NCBI RefSeq assembly: GCF_017876815.1 | Contig: NZ_JAGIOS010000003.1 | Span: 420,001-452,000, forward strand | Reading direction: 5' to 3' | Source of the DNA: Sinorhizobium meliloti | GTDB taxonomy: Bacteria > Pseudomonadota > Alphaproteobacteria > Rhizobiales > Rhizobiaceae | DNA: 32,000 nucleotides | Part shown: positions 8,466-16,766 of the stretch, in pieces | Layout of the letters: the number at the start of each line of letters is the position of its first letter | Numbering within the stretch: the first letter of the stretch is position 1 | Program-made: the position numbers and the translations under genes | The notes under the pieces: generated by a model | Told to the model about the DNA's origin: nothing | The model's input: the letters and a program-made list of their open reading frames with translations, nothing else | Database searches by the model: none

Positions 8466-9421
8466 TTGCGAATCGCTCCGAAGCTCATGCCGCGCAGGAG
8501 ATGGTTCCTGAGCAGGAAGGTGAAGATTGCGACCGGTAGCAGGAACAGGAAGGTACCTGCGGCGATAACCGTCCAATCGGGTAGGCCAGAACCAACCTGG
8601 CTTGGGATGAAGGGCGGTGCCGTTTGCGCGCGCCGGTTCGTCATAATCAGCGCGAAAGCATATTCATTCCACGCTGTAATGAAGCAAAACACGGCGGTCG
8701 CGGCGATCCCTGTGGCGGCCTCCGGCAACACAATCTTGAAGAAGGCTTCCAAGCGCGTGTAGCCGTCTACGAGCGCCGCTTCCTCATACTCCTTCGGAAT
8801 CTCGTCGATGAAGCCCTTCATCAGCCAGACCGAGAAGGATAGATTGAAGGCGGTGTAGAGGATTATAAGACCCCAGTGAGTGTCGTTCAGCCCGACAGCC
8901 CGGTACATCAGGAACATAGGGATTGCCACGACCACGGGCGGCAGCATGCGTGTCGATAGAATGAAGAACAACAGATCCGCTTCGCCTTTCACTTTGAAAC
9001 GCGAGAAGCCGTAGGCCGTGAAGGTGCCCATGGCGACGGCGAGCACTGTAGAGGTGATCGCCACGATGAGCGAATTCATGAAGCGATTGGGATAGCCGGA
9101 TAACTGCACCTGACCGCGTCCGGAACGCACGACCTTTTCCCCCCCGTCGAAGACCAGCCGTTCCCACCAGGGAGCGGCGGCATAGTCTTCGGGCTCAGGT
9201 GCTGACCGCAACTGAGAGCGCTTGGTGAAGAGCTTGACAAAAGGCGAGATCTCCGGCTCGAAGATAACCGTCGGGGGGATGGTCGTTGCGAGGTTGCGCG
9301 GTTTGAAGGCCGTTGACGTGATCCAATAGATCGGTGCGAGGAACAGCAGCGTGATTACGAGCACTGCGGCGATCGCTAGCCGGTTCAGCGCGCGCTCGGA
9401 GCGAGTTTGGACGGCCGCCAT
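8462..9421 (-). CDS. Carbohydrate ABC transporter permease (MalG-like)
   Basis: 319 aa, 6 TM. EAA loop EEAALVDGYTRLEAFFKIVLPEA. SD AAGGAG upstream. It starts 1 nt after the upstream permease stop. Confidence 0.9.
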   Translation of the reverse strand: MAAVQTRSERALNRLAIAAVLVITLLFLAPIYWITSTAFKPRNLATTIPPTVIFEPEISPFVKLFTKRSQLRSAPEPEDYAAAPWWERLVFDGGEKVVRSGRGQVQLSGYPNRFMNSLIVAITSTVLAVAMGTFTAYGFSRFKVKGEADLLFFILSTRMLPPVVVAIPMFLMYRAVGLNDTHWGLIILYTAFNLSFSVWLMKGFIDEIPKEYEEAALVDGYTRLEAFFKIVLPEAATGIAATAVFCFITAWNEYAFALIMTNRRAQTAPPFIPSQVGSGLPDWTVIAAGTFLFLLPVAIFTFLLRNHLLRGMSFGAIRK

Positions 9422-9422
9422 C

Positions 9423-10313
9423 TCAGCGCTCCTTCACCCTGTTGAGGTATTTGACGTAAATGTTGGTGATCGCGAGCACCATGATCAGCACTATGTAGGC
9501 GAGTGCGCAGGACCGCCCGGTCTGCCATTCCTGAAACGCCATCTTGTAGAGGCGGATCGAGATCACCTCTGTGGTCGGTTGGCTCGTGAGAATGTAGGCG
9601 AGATCGAAAGTCTTGAAAGCCTCCATCGTGCGAAAGATGATCGCGATCATGAGTATCGGCGCAACGAGCGGCAGAGTGATACGGAAGAACGTGTAGAACG
9701 GTCCCGCTCGGTCGATGGCAGCCGCCTCGTAAAGGTGCCTCGGTACGGCGGAGAGGCCTGCGAGCGAGAGCAGCATCACGAATGGTGACCACATCCAGAT
9801 GTCGGTAATGGCGACAGCGTAAAGTGCCATTTCGGGATTCGCCAGCCACTCGAAAGAGCCGAGACCGAGCGCGTAGTTGATGATGCCGAAGGAAGGATCG
9901 TAGAGCAGCTTCCAGAAGAGCCCGACCACCGCCATCGACAGCATCATCGGCAGCAGAAGCAGTGTCGTGATGAGACCCTTGAACGGAATTTCGCGATTGA
10001 GCAGCATCGCCGTGCCGAAACCGACGACAACCTGACCGGTAACCGACACGATCACGTATTTCGCCGTAATGGCGAAGTTCGCCCAGATGAAGGGGTCGTT
10101 TAACAGTTCCCGGTAGTTCTGCAGGCCGACGAAGGTGGCCGGCGCGTTCGTCGAAGCACGAAAGTCGGTGAAAGAATAGCCGAGCGAGTAGATCAACGGG
10201 AAGATGTTGAAGACGATCAGGAACAGGATCGTCGGAATAATGAAAAGATTGCGAATTTTGATGTCGCTCAAGCCGCGCGAAGCCGCTCGCGACTTCGAAT
10301 CCAACGATGTCAT
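9423..10313 (-). CDS. Carbohydrate ABC transporter permease (MalF-like)
   Basis: ORF track 9423..10373. EAA loop YEAAAIDRAGPFYTFFRITLP. I list the ATG at 10313 (MTSLDSKSRAASRGL...). No start has a well-spaced SD, so the start is uncertain. Confidence 0.8.
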   Translation of the reverse strand: MTSLDSKSRAASRGLSDIKIRNLFIIPTILFLIVFNIFPLIYSLGYSFTDFRASTNAPATFVGLQNYRELLNDPFIWANFAITAKYVIVSVTGQVVVGFGTAMLLNREIPFKGLITTLLLLPMMLSMAVVGLFWKLLYDPSFGIINYALGLGSFEWLANPEMALYAVAITDIWMWSPFVMLLSLAGLSAVPRHLYEAAAIDRAGPFYTFFRITLPLVAPILMIAIIFRTMEAFKTFDLAYILTSQPTTEVISIRLYKMAFQEWQTGRSCALAYIVLIMVLAITNIYVKYLNRVKER

Positions 10314-10441
10314 AACCACGGTGGCCAATGTGCTCCTCCTCCCAGAGCCCGACGCCGGGCGCACTTGCGCCATGTGTTGCCCGCGCGTCGCCGCGTCCGG
10401 CGCGAGCCCTGTCCGGTGCCAAGTTGAAGAACGGGAGGGAG

Positions 10442-10466
10442 CCGGGCACCCTCCCGTAGTGTCTTA
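10442..10466 (-). terminator. Intercistronic GC-rich stem-loop after the binding-protein gene (attenuator or mRNA-stabiliser candidate)
   Basis: CGGGAGGG (10442-10449) pairs perfectly with CCCTCCCG (10459-10466) around a 9-nt loop. On the minus-strand transcript it lies just after the binding-protein stop (10470) and is followed by TTCTTCAA. It sits inside the 156-nt gap before the first permease gene. Confidence 0.4.
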
Positions 10467-10469
10467 GCG

Positions 10470-11777
10470 TTATTGGCGACCGTACTTCTTGAAGGTCGCG
10501 TTCCAGTCCTTGGCGAGAGCGTCGAGCGCCTCCTTTGCTGTACCCTGGCCGGCCGTCACATAGGGATAAATGCGTTGGTTCATCTGGATCAGCAGCTCGG
10601 CATATTCCGGCGTTGCCCAGAAGTCCTTTACTCTGAACATGGTCTCGTAGAAGGCCTTGTTGTAGGGCGTCGCGTTTTGGAACTCTTCGGACTCCAACAC
10701 CTTGGCGCTTGCCGTGTAACCGCCGAGCTCGGCCCAGCGCTTCTGTGTCTCGTCCTTGACGAACCACTCAAGGAATTTCATCGCCTCTTCCTTGTTTTCC
10801 GAATAGGAGACGATGGAGATGCCCTGGCCGCCGAGCGCGGCGTACTGGTCGCCCTCGGGGCCGGCCGGATTGGCAAAGAAGCCGGTGACCTTCGCGTTTG
10901 GGTTTGATGCTTCATTGACCAGCGCCGGGAAGAAGGCGAAGTAGTTCATGCTCATCGCCGCCAGATTTTCAGTGATCGCCTGGTTGTTCTCAACGAAGAA
11001 GGACTTGGCCCATCCAGGAGGCGTAAAACCGTAAAGCTCGCGGTAGGCTTCCAGAGCCTTGACGTTCTTCTCCGAGTTGATGATCCCATCGACCTTGTAA
11101 GTGCTGTAGTCTCCGAGTTCTCCTCCAAAAGAGAAGATGGCGTTCTCCACGCCCATAACGAGGCCGTCGTAGGAGTTGTCGGTGTAGATCGCGACGCCGT
11201 AGCGTTTCTGGTCCGGACGATGGAAGAACTCGGCGATGTCGCGCAACTGCTTCCAGTCCTTGGGCGGAGCGAGGTCATAGCCATACTTCGCCTTGAAGGC
11301 TTCCATCTCCTTAGGGTCCTCGAACCAATCCTTGCGGTATGACCACCCGACAGCGTCGCCCTCGGCAGGGATCGACCAGTACTTGCCGGAGTTCGCAGGA
11401 TACTCCGAGTAGTACTTCACCGTAGCAGGAGCCATCACCTCGTTTAGCTTGTGCTGGTTGAAAAACTCGGTGAGGTCGACGTAGTGGCCGGCCTCCGATG
11501 CGGCGCCGATCCACTGTGAGTCGCCGACGACCATGTCATAGGCCGAGCCCTTGGCGTTGAATTCGGTAAAGGCCTTCGTTTGAAAGTCCGCCCATGGAGT
11601 CGTTTCGACCGTGACCTTCACGCCGGTCTCGGCCTCGTATTCGTTTACAAGTTCCTGGAGATAATTGGCCGGGTCCCATTCGGCCCAGAAAATCGTCAGT
11701 TCTTGTGATTGCGCGGACGTCCCGCACGCGATCATAAAGCTGATACCGGCCAACAGCCCGGCCACTGTCTTGCGCAT
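10470..11777 (-). CDS. ABC transporter extracellular solute-binding protein (family 1, sugar type)
   Basis: ORF track 10470..11801. The ATG at 11777 (MRKTVAGLLAGISFMIACGTSAQSQE...) is preceded by GGGGAGGAAAAATT. It has an N-terminal signal peptide, and the length and W/Y-rich composition are typical of sugar-binding proteins. Confidence 0.9.
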   Translation of the reverse strand: MRKTVAGLLAGISFMIACGTSAQSQELTIFWAEWDPANYLQELVNEYEAETGVKVTVETTPWADFQTKAFTEFNAKGSAYDMVVGDSQWIGAASEAGHYVDLTEFFNQHKLNEVMAPATVKYYSEYPANSGKYWSIPAEGDAVGWSYRKDWFEDPKEMEAFKAKYGYDLAPPKDWKQLRDIAEFFHRPDQKRYGVAIYTDNSYDGLVMGVENAIFSFGGELGDYSTYKVDGIINSEKNVKALEAYRELYGFTPPGWAKSFFVENNQAITENLAAMSMNYFAFFPALVNEASNPNAKVTGFFANPAGPEGDQYAALGGQGISIVSYSENKEEAMKFLEWFVKDETQKRWAELGGYTASAKVLESEEFQNATPYNKAFYETMFRVKDFWATPEYAELLIQMNQRIYPYVTAGQGTAKEALDALAKDWNATFKKYGRQ

Positions 11778-11926
11778 AATTTTTCCTCCCCTTTTGTGCA
11801 TCCCGCCCGCTTTACAACGGCGGTCCGTCTGTCAAATCCTCCTGATTGGCGCTCCTGCGGCGGGTCCTCCTCCGACCCTTTGCGGCTTGGGACAGATATC
11901 AGGCCCAAACGAACGCAGCACCAATC

Positions 11927-11937
11927 TGGTAGTACCA
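11927..11937. promoter_or_regulatory. Palindrome TGGTAGTACCA, candidate GntR/FadR-type operator (box type A, second copy)
   Basis: ATCTGGTAGTACCAAA at 11924-11939, 150 bp upstream of the binding-protein ATG (11777, minus strand). It matches 1911-1926 at 15 of 16 positions. Confidence 0.55.
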
Positions 11938-12093
11938 AAGCCAACGAGCGTCAAGATTACTGTTCGTCGCCATCTGCCGCAGATCACCGCTCATAATGCT
12001 GGGTTCTCCTACGGAATCGAACCTGCATGCTTTACCTCAGTTCAAGCAGGAAAGAGCTGTCGCTAAGTCGTTATGCACGCGCATCATCTAAAT

Positions 12094-12104
12094 TGGTCAA
12101 ACCA
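12094..12104. promoter_or_regulatory. Palindrome TGGTCAAACCA, candidate GntR/FadR-type operator (box type B, second copy)
   Basis: AATTGGTCAAACCAG at 12091-12105, matching 2076-2090 at 14 of 15 positions. It lies 167 bp from the type A box; the other pair is 165 bp apart. Confidence 0.5.
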
Positions 12105-12132
12105 GTTCCTATGCGGGCGGGAGTGCGCGAGA

Positions 12133-12774
12133 TCATGCCGCGGTTTGCGCATCCCGGACCGCCGCCTCGACCAAGGCTGCTGCCGCCCATTCTGCAACGG
12201 CTTGCGCGCGTTCGGCCGAGAGGCCCCAAATATCCTTGAGCACGACCAGCACCTCGACACCGAAAACAAGCGAGAGCGCCTGAGCCAGCTGCTCGCGGGC
12301 CTCAGCCGACACCTTGCCCTCGAGTGGCACGGTGACTTGTCGAAGGAGTTCGACGCGGTGCCCTCGCGTGAGCTGTGGTTCGTTGCCGAGCGTACCTGCC
12401 TGGCGCTGCGCCCACTGGTCGAGCGAGAGCTTCAGCGCAGCCTTGAACGTCGCCTCGAACTCATCGATGCGCGGCATGGCGGTCGCGAGCAGATCGCCAA
12501 CGCGGGTGAGCGCATCGGGCGCTTCGGATCTCCAGTCGAGGATCGGGCCGAGCGCCTCGTGCACCACCGCATGAACCAGCGCCGCCTGGCTCGGAAAGTA
12601 TCGGTAGGCGGTGGCGCGCGAAACTTCAGCGGCTTCCGCGACCTCACTCACCGAGGGGGTTATACCGGACTGCATCAACCGCGTGGCGGTATCCAACATG
12701 AGTTTGCGGGTGCGGGCTCGGGGACCGCGTTCGGCGGGTGCGGAGGATTCGCTATGTTGACGTGAGACATCCAT
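12133..12774 (-). CDS. TetR/AcrR-family transcriptional regulator
   Basis: ORF track 12133..13047. I prefer the ATG at 12774 (MDVSRQHSES...), which removes the overlap with the divergent gene. HTH SVSEVAEAAEVSRATAYRYFPSQAAL. An alternative ATG lies at 12798. Confidence 0.85.
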   Translation of the reverse strand: MDVSRQHSESSAPAERGPRARTRKLMLDTATRLMQSGITPSVSEVAEAAEVSRATAYRYFPSQAALVHAVVHEALGPILDWRSEAPDALTRVGDLLATAMPRIDEFEATFKAALKLSLDQWAQRQAGTLGNEPQLTRGHRVELLRQVTVPLEGKVSAEAREQLAQALSLVFGVEVLVVLKDIWGLSAERAQAVAEWAAAALVEAAVRDAQTAA

Positions 12775-12879
12775 GTCTTTACGATACGCGCATCTCATAT
12801 TTTTGCAAGTGCCGGCAAATCGGGCGGCATGAGGCGGCTTTTCAAGGCAGAGGAGGGCCAGGGCCGCCGGGGAGGAGAG

Positions 12880-14076
12880 ATGAAGCGTATCTACGTCGTT
12901 GGCACGGCCGACACGAAGGGGGAGGAACTCGTTTATCTTGCGTCCTGCGTTGAGGCAGCGGGCGGCCGGCCCGTTTTGGTCGATGTCGGCACGCGTCGCC
13001 CCACGGTTCTGGTCGACATCTCCGCCGAAACCGTGGCCGCGGTGCATCCGGGGGGCGCCGCCGCGGTGCTTTCCGGCAACGATCGGGGAACAGCGATCGC
13101 TGCCATGGGCGAGGCCTTCGCAAGGTTCCTGCCCGCCCGGGACGACGTCGCCGGCGTGGTGGGCATGGGTGGCGGCGGCGGGACGTCGATTATCACCGCC
13201 GGCATGCGCAGGCTGCCGCTCGGGCTACCGAAGGTCATGGTCTCGACGCTCGCGTCGGGCGACGTGGGACCTTATGTTGACGTCTCAGACATCATCATGA
13301 TGCCGTCGGTTACCGACATGGCCGGGCTCAACCGCGTGAGCCGCGTGATACTAAAAAACGCGGCCGAGGCGACTACCGCCATGGCGAACAGGCCTGCGGA
13401 GGAAACAGCCTCGAAGCCCGCTCTCGGCCTGACCATGTTTGGCGTGACGACGCCCTGTGTGACTGCCATCGTTGAACGACTGAAGGCCGACCATGACTGT
13501 TTGGTTTTCCACGCCACAGGCACCGGCGGACGAGCAATGGAGAAGCTTGCAGACAGCGGGCTTCTATCGGGTGTGCTCGATATCACGACGACGGAGGTGT
13601 GCGATCTTCTCTTCGGCGGCGTGCTGCCGGCCACCGAGGATCGTTTCGGCGCAATTGCGCGCACCGATTTGCCTTATGTCGGCTCCGTCGGGGCTTTGGA
13701 TATGGTCAATTTCTGGGCGCCAGAGACAGTACCGGAGCGATATTCCGGCCGGCTCTTGTATCGCCACAACCCCAACGTCACGCTCATGCGCACGACTCCG
13801 GAGGAATGCGCCGCGATCGGAAGGTGGATTGGCGCAAAGCTGAACCTCTGCAGCGGACCTCTCCGGTTCCTGATCCCGGAGCGAGGCGTGTCGGCGCTGG
13901 ATATCGAGGGCGGCGCCTTCTTCGATCCTGCGGCGGATGCGGTGCTCTTCGAAGCATTGGAGACCACCGTCAATAGAAGTGACCGGCGCCGCATCGAACG
14001 CCTTCCGCTCCACATCAACGATCCGCAGTTCGCCGAGGCCGCAGTCGCCGCCTATCGAGACATTGCCAACCCCTGA
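12880..14076 (+). CDS. UPF0261 / Tm-1-like ATP-binding domain protein
   Basis: The ATG at 12880 follows [31 protein letters not shown]..., Gly-rich loop [11 protein letters not shown], and [13 protein letters not shown] recognise these as the UPF0261 family, homologous to the N-terminal half of tomato Tm-1. Confidence 0.8.
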   Translation: MKRIYVVGTADTKGEELVYLASCVEAAGGRPVLVDVGTRRPTVLVDISAETVAAVHPGGAAAVLSGNDRGTAIAAMGEAFARFLPARDDVAGVVGMGGGGGTSIITAGMRRLPLGLPKVMVSTLASGDVGPYVDVSDIIMMPSVTDMAGLNRVSRVILKNAAEATTAMANRPAEETASKPALGLTMFGVTTPCVTAIVERLKADHDCLVFHATGTGGRAMEKLADSGLLSGVLDITTTEVCDLLFGGVLPATEDRFGAIARTDLPYVGSVGALDMVNFWAPETVPERYSGRLLYRHNPNVTLMRTTPEECAAIGRWIGAKLNLCSGPLRFLIPERGVSALDIEGGAFFDPAADAVLFEALETTVNRSDRRRIERLPLHINDPQFAEAAVAAYRDIANP

Positions 14077-14087
14077 AAGAGAAACCG

Positions 14088-14930
14088 ATGCCACTAATCC
14101 CCCGCAAGACCATTCTTGAAAAGTTCCACGGCATGATCGGCGCCGGCAAGCCGATCATCGGAGGTGGGGCCGGCACGGGAATTTCGGCCAAGGCCGAGGA
14201 GGCGGGCGGCATCGACCTCATTATCATCTATAACTCCGGCCGTTACCGAATGGCGGGCCGCGGCTCGGCGGCCGGTCTGCTCGCCTATGGAAATGCCAAT
14301 GAAATCGTGAAGGAAATGGCCTTAGAGGTGCTGCCGGTCGTGAAGGCTACACCGGTACTCGCCGGCGTCAATGGCACCGACCCATTCATTCTCATGCCCC
14401 AGTTTCTCGCGGAACTGAAGGCCATGGGCTTTTCCGGCGTACAGAACTTCCCCACCATCGGCCTCTTCGATGGACGGATGCGGCGGGGGTTCGAGGAGAC
14501 CGGGATGGGCTATGGTCTCGAGGTGGACATGGTCGCCGAGGCCCACCGGCTCGACCTCCTGACGACACCCTATGTCTTTAACGAGGAAGAAGCGATCGCG
14601 ATGACGAAGGCGGGTGCAGACATCGTCGTCGCTCATATGGGCGTTACCACGGGAGGCGCGATCGGCGCCACTTCCGCGATCTCGCTCGACGACTGCGTGA
14701 GCGAAATCGACGCGATCGCGGCGGCCGCGCGCTCGGTCCGCAAGGACGTCATTGTGCTCTGCCACGGGGGGCCGATTTCGATGCCGGAGGATGCACGGTA
14801 CATCCTGGATCGTTGCCCAGGCTGCAATGGTTTTTATGGCGCGAGTTCAATGGAACGCCTGCCTGCCGAGGTGGCGATCCGCAGGCAGACGGAAGAGTTC
14901 AAGGCGCTTGCCATCAGTACTGTGGTCTGA
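14088..14930 (+). CDS. Phosphoenolpyruvate-hydrolase-like TIM-barrel protein (homologue of the Tm-1 C-terminal half)
   Basis: 280 aa, starting 11 nt after the UPF0261 stop. [52 protein letters not shown]..., [17 protein letters not shown] and LCHGGPI are typical of this family. Confidence 0.8.
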   Translation: MPLIPRKTILEKFHGMIGAGKPIIGGGAGTGISAKAEEAGGIDLIIIYNSGRYRMAGRGSAAGLLAYGNANEIVKEMALEVLPVVKATPVLAGVNGTDPFILMPQFLAELKAMGFSGVQNFPTIGLFDGRMRRGFEETGMGYGLEVDMVAEAHRLDLLTTPYVFNEEEAIAMTKAGADIVVAHMGVTTGGAIGATSAISLDDCVSEIDAIAAAARSVRKDVIVLCHGGPISMPEDARYILDRCPGCNGFYGASSMERLPAEVAIRRQTEEFKALAISTVV

Positions 14931-14959
14931 AGCGAGCAAGATGCGGAGGAGGCCGCGGC

Positions 14960-15373
14960 ATGGCAAAGGAAGAATATTTTCTCTACCCGACGGATGTCGA
15001 AAGCTTCGGCTTCGACTGGGGCCGACTTGCGCTGACGGTCGCGCCGGAGGTGAACGGGGCCGAACGCTTCTCGGGCGGTGTGGTCGATTTGCCGAGCGGG
15101 GAGGGGCATACGCGTCACAATCATCCGGGCGCGGAAGAGATCATTTTCGTCGTCTCGGGAGAGGGCGAGCAGATGGTGGAGGACGAGAACGGCGATCCGG
15201 TGACGCAGAGGGTTGGGCCCGGTTGCACGATTTATGTACCGGAAAGCCGATTCCACTCGACGAGGAACACGGGTCCCGGCCCGATGCAGCTTTTCGTGGT
15301 CTATTCACCGGCAGGTCCTGAGCGTGCGCTTCGGGATCTGCCGGATTTCCGTCTAATCCCGCCCGGTACCTGA
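14960..15373 (+). CDS. Cupin-domain protein
   Basis: ORF track 14813..15373. The ATG at 14960 (MAKEEYFLYP...) follows GGAGGAGG. Cupin motif 1 is GEGHTRHNHPGAEEIIFVVSGEG; motif 2 is GCTIYVPESRFHSTRN. Confidence 0.8.
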   Translation: MAKEEYFLYPTDVESFGFDWGRLALTVAPEVNGAERFSGGVVDLPSGEGHTRHNHPGAEEIIFVVSGEGEQMVEDENGDPVTQRVGPGCTIYVPESRFHSTRNTGPGPMQLFVVYSPAGPERALRDLPDFRLIPPGT

Positions 15374-15407
15374 GGGCGCACGACAACGGCTTTGTGGGAG
15401 AAATTCC

Positions 15408-16595
15408 GTGGCTATCAGCCCAAGACAAACGCTGGCGGCGGGGCCGCCCTTCGATGCGGCGAAACTCGACAGGCTCATGGAGGAGGCGGGCATCGACGTT
15501 CTGCTCGCCACGTCCAAGCACAACACGCAGTACCTGCTGGGCGGTTACAAATTCATCTTCTTCGCCGCAATGGATGCGATCGGCCACAGCCGTTATCTGC
15601 CGATCGTCGTTTATGAGAAGGGCTCCCCCGATCATTCCGCGTATATTGGCAACCGCATGGAAGGGGGAGAACATCAGAACAACCCTTTCTGGACACCCGC
15701 CGTTCATACGGCGACATGGGGTACGCTCGACGCAGCAGCGCTTGCGGTCGAGCACCTGAGGAAGATCGGAAAGGCGGGTGCTCGCGTCGGCATCGAACCG
15801 TCCTTCCTGCCCGCTGATGCGCGGGATCTCTTTGCTTCTCGCCTTGATGGTGCGCGCTTCGTGGACGCGACGCACACGCTCGAGCGACTGCGCTCGATCA
15901 AGACACCGCAGGAGCTGGAGAAGCTCAAGGTTGCCTCCGAACTGATCACCGATTCAATGCTCGCCACCATCGCGGCTGCACGAGAGGGATCCACCAAGGG
16001 CGAGATCATTGAACGACTCAGGCGAGAAGAGACCAATCGCGGGCTGCATTTCGAATATTGCCTGCTGACCTTGGGTGCTAGTCACAACCGTGCGGCCTCG
16101 CCGCAGGCATGGGCGAAAGGTGAGGTGCTTTCGATTGATTCCGGCGGCAACTACCAGGGCTATATCGGTGACCTTTGCCGGATGGGCATGCTCGGCGAGC
16201 CCGATGCGGAGCTCGAGGACCTGCTAGCTGAAGTCGATTCGATCCAGAAGGCGGCCTTTGCCAGGATCAAGGCCGGGGCAACAGGCAGTGAGATGATTGC
16301 TTCGGCGGAAGAGATTTTGAAGAGCTCGCCTTCGGCCGCCTTTACTGACTTCTTCTGCCACGGCATGGGGCTCATCAGCCACGAAGCACCGTTCCTGATG
16401 ACCAACCACCCCGTCGCCTATGAAGGCGTGGACGCGGATCGGCCCCTGGAGGTAGGCATGATCATTTCCGTCGAGACGACGATGCTTCATCCGCGACGCG
16501 GTTTCATCAAGTTGGAGGATACGGTCGCCGTCACGACGGACGGATACGAAATGTTCGGCAACAGAGGGCGCGGATGGAACCCTGGGGGGGTTTAG
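15408..16595 (+). CDS. M24-family metallohydrolase (Xaa-Pro peptidase / creatinase / ectoine-hydrolase-like)
   Basis: GTG start after GGGAGA. Creatinase-N-like domain (LDRLMEEAGIDVLLATSKHNTQYLLGGY) followed by a pita-bread domain. Dinuclear-metal ligands in IDSGGNYQGYIGDLCR, CHGMGLISHE, ISVETT and IKLEDT. Confidence 0.85.
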   Translation: MAISPRQTLAAGPPFDAAKLDRLMEEAGIDVLLATSKHNTQYLLGGYKFIFFAAMDAIGHSRYLPIVVYEKGSPDHSAYIGNRMEGGEHQNNPFWTPAVHTATWGTLDAAALAVEHLRKIGKAGARVGIEPSFLPADARDLFASRLDGARFVDATHTLERLRSIKTPQELEKLKVASELITDSMLATIAAAREGSTKGEIIERLRREETNRGLHFEYCLLTLGASHNRAASPQAWAKGEVLSIDSGGNYQGYIGDLCRMGMLGEPDAELEDLLAEVDSIQKAAFARIKAGATGSEMIASAEEILKSSPSAAFTDFFCHGMGLISHEAPFLMTNHPVAYEGVDADRPLEVGMIISVETTMLHPRRGFIKLEDTVAVTTDGYEMFGNRGRGWNPGGV

Positions 16596-16740
16596 GAGCG
16601 GCGAAATTTTGCGAAAGACGGAGCCCGGCGCACGTTGGCATGCCGGACTCGTAGTATGTCATGTGTGGTAAATCTCGGCGCCAAGAACCCTAAGGCACTC
16701 CGCATGATAAGCGTGCGTTGAACGCCGAGAATCCAAGCCT

Positions 16741-16766
16741 CATGGACTTGATGATTCAAGTCCATG
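16741..16766. repeat. Perfect 11-bp inverted repeat with 4-nt spacer
   Basis: CATGGACTTGA (16741-16751), tgat, TCAAGTCCATG (16756-16766). It lies inside a 652-bp gap with no credible ORF and has no T-tract after it. Confidence 0.6.

Noticed and set aside
9385-10767. 460-aa minus-strand ORF spanning the permease and binding-protein genes in another frame
   Set aside because: It is Arg/Gly/His/Pro-rich with no family motifs. It overlaps two ORFs with unmistakable permease (EAA loop) and binding-protein features. Long shadow ORFs are expected in high-GC DNA.
12802-12819. TTTGC-N8-GCAAA inverted repeat in the TetR/operon intergenic region, as a possible TetR operator
   Set aside because: The arms are only 5 bp and there is no second copy, so it is indistinguishable from chance. 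I could not identify a better palindrome in the 105-bp region.
12775-13047. N-terminal extensions offered by the ORF track. Examples: TetR to 13047, VirB8 from 28021, the DHFR-family gene from 19872, the hydrolase from 19094, the small ORF to 8576, and VirB6 from the TTG at 26854.
   Set aside because: The extensions overlap neighbouring genes or promoters and are low-complexity. In each case an internal start with a good SD or stop/start coupling gives a protein of canonical length.
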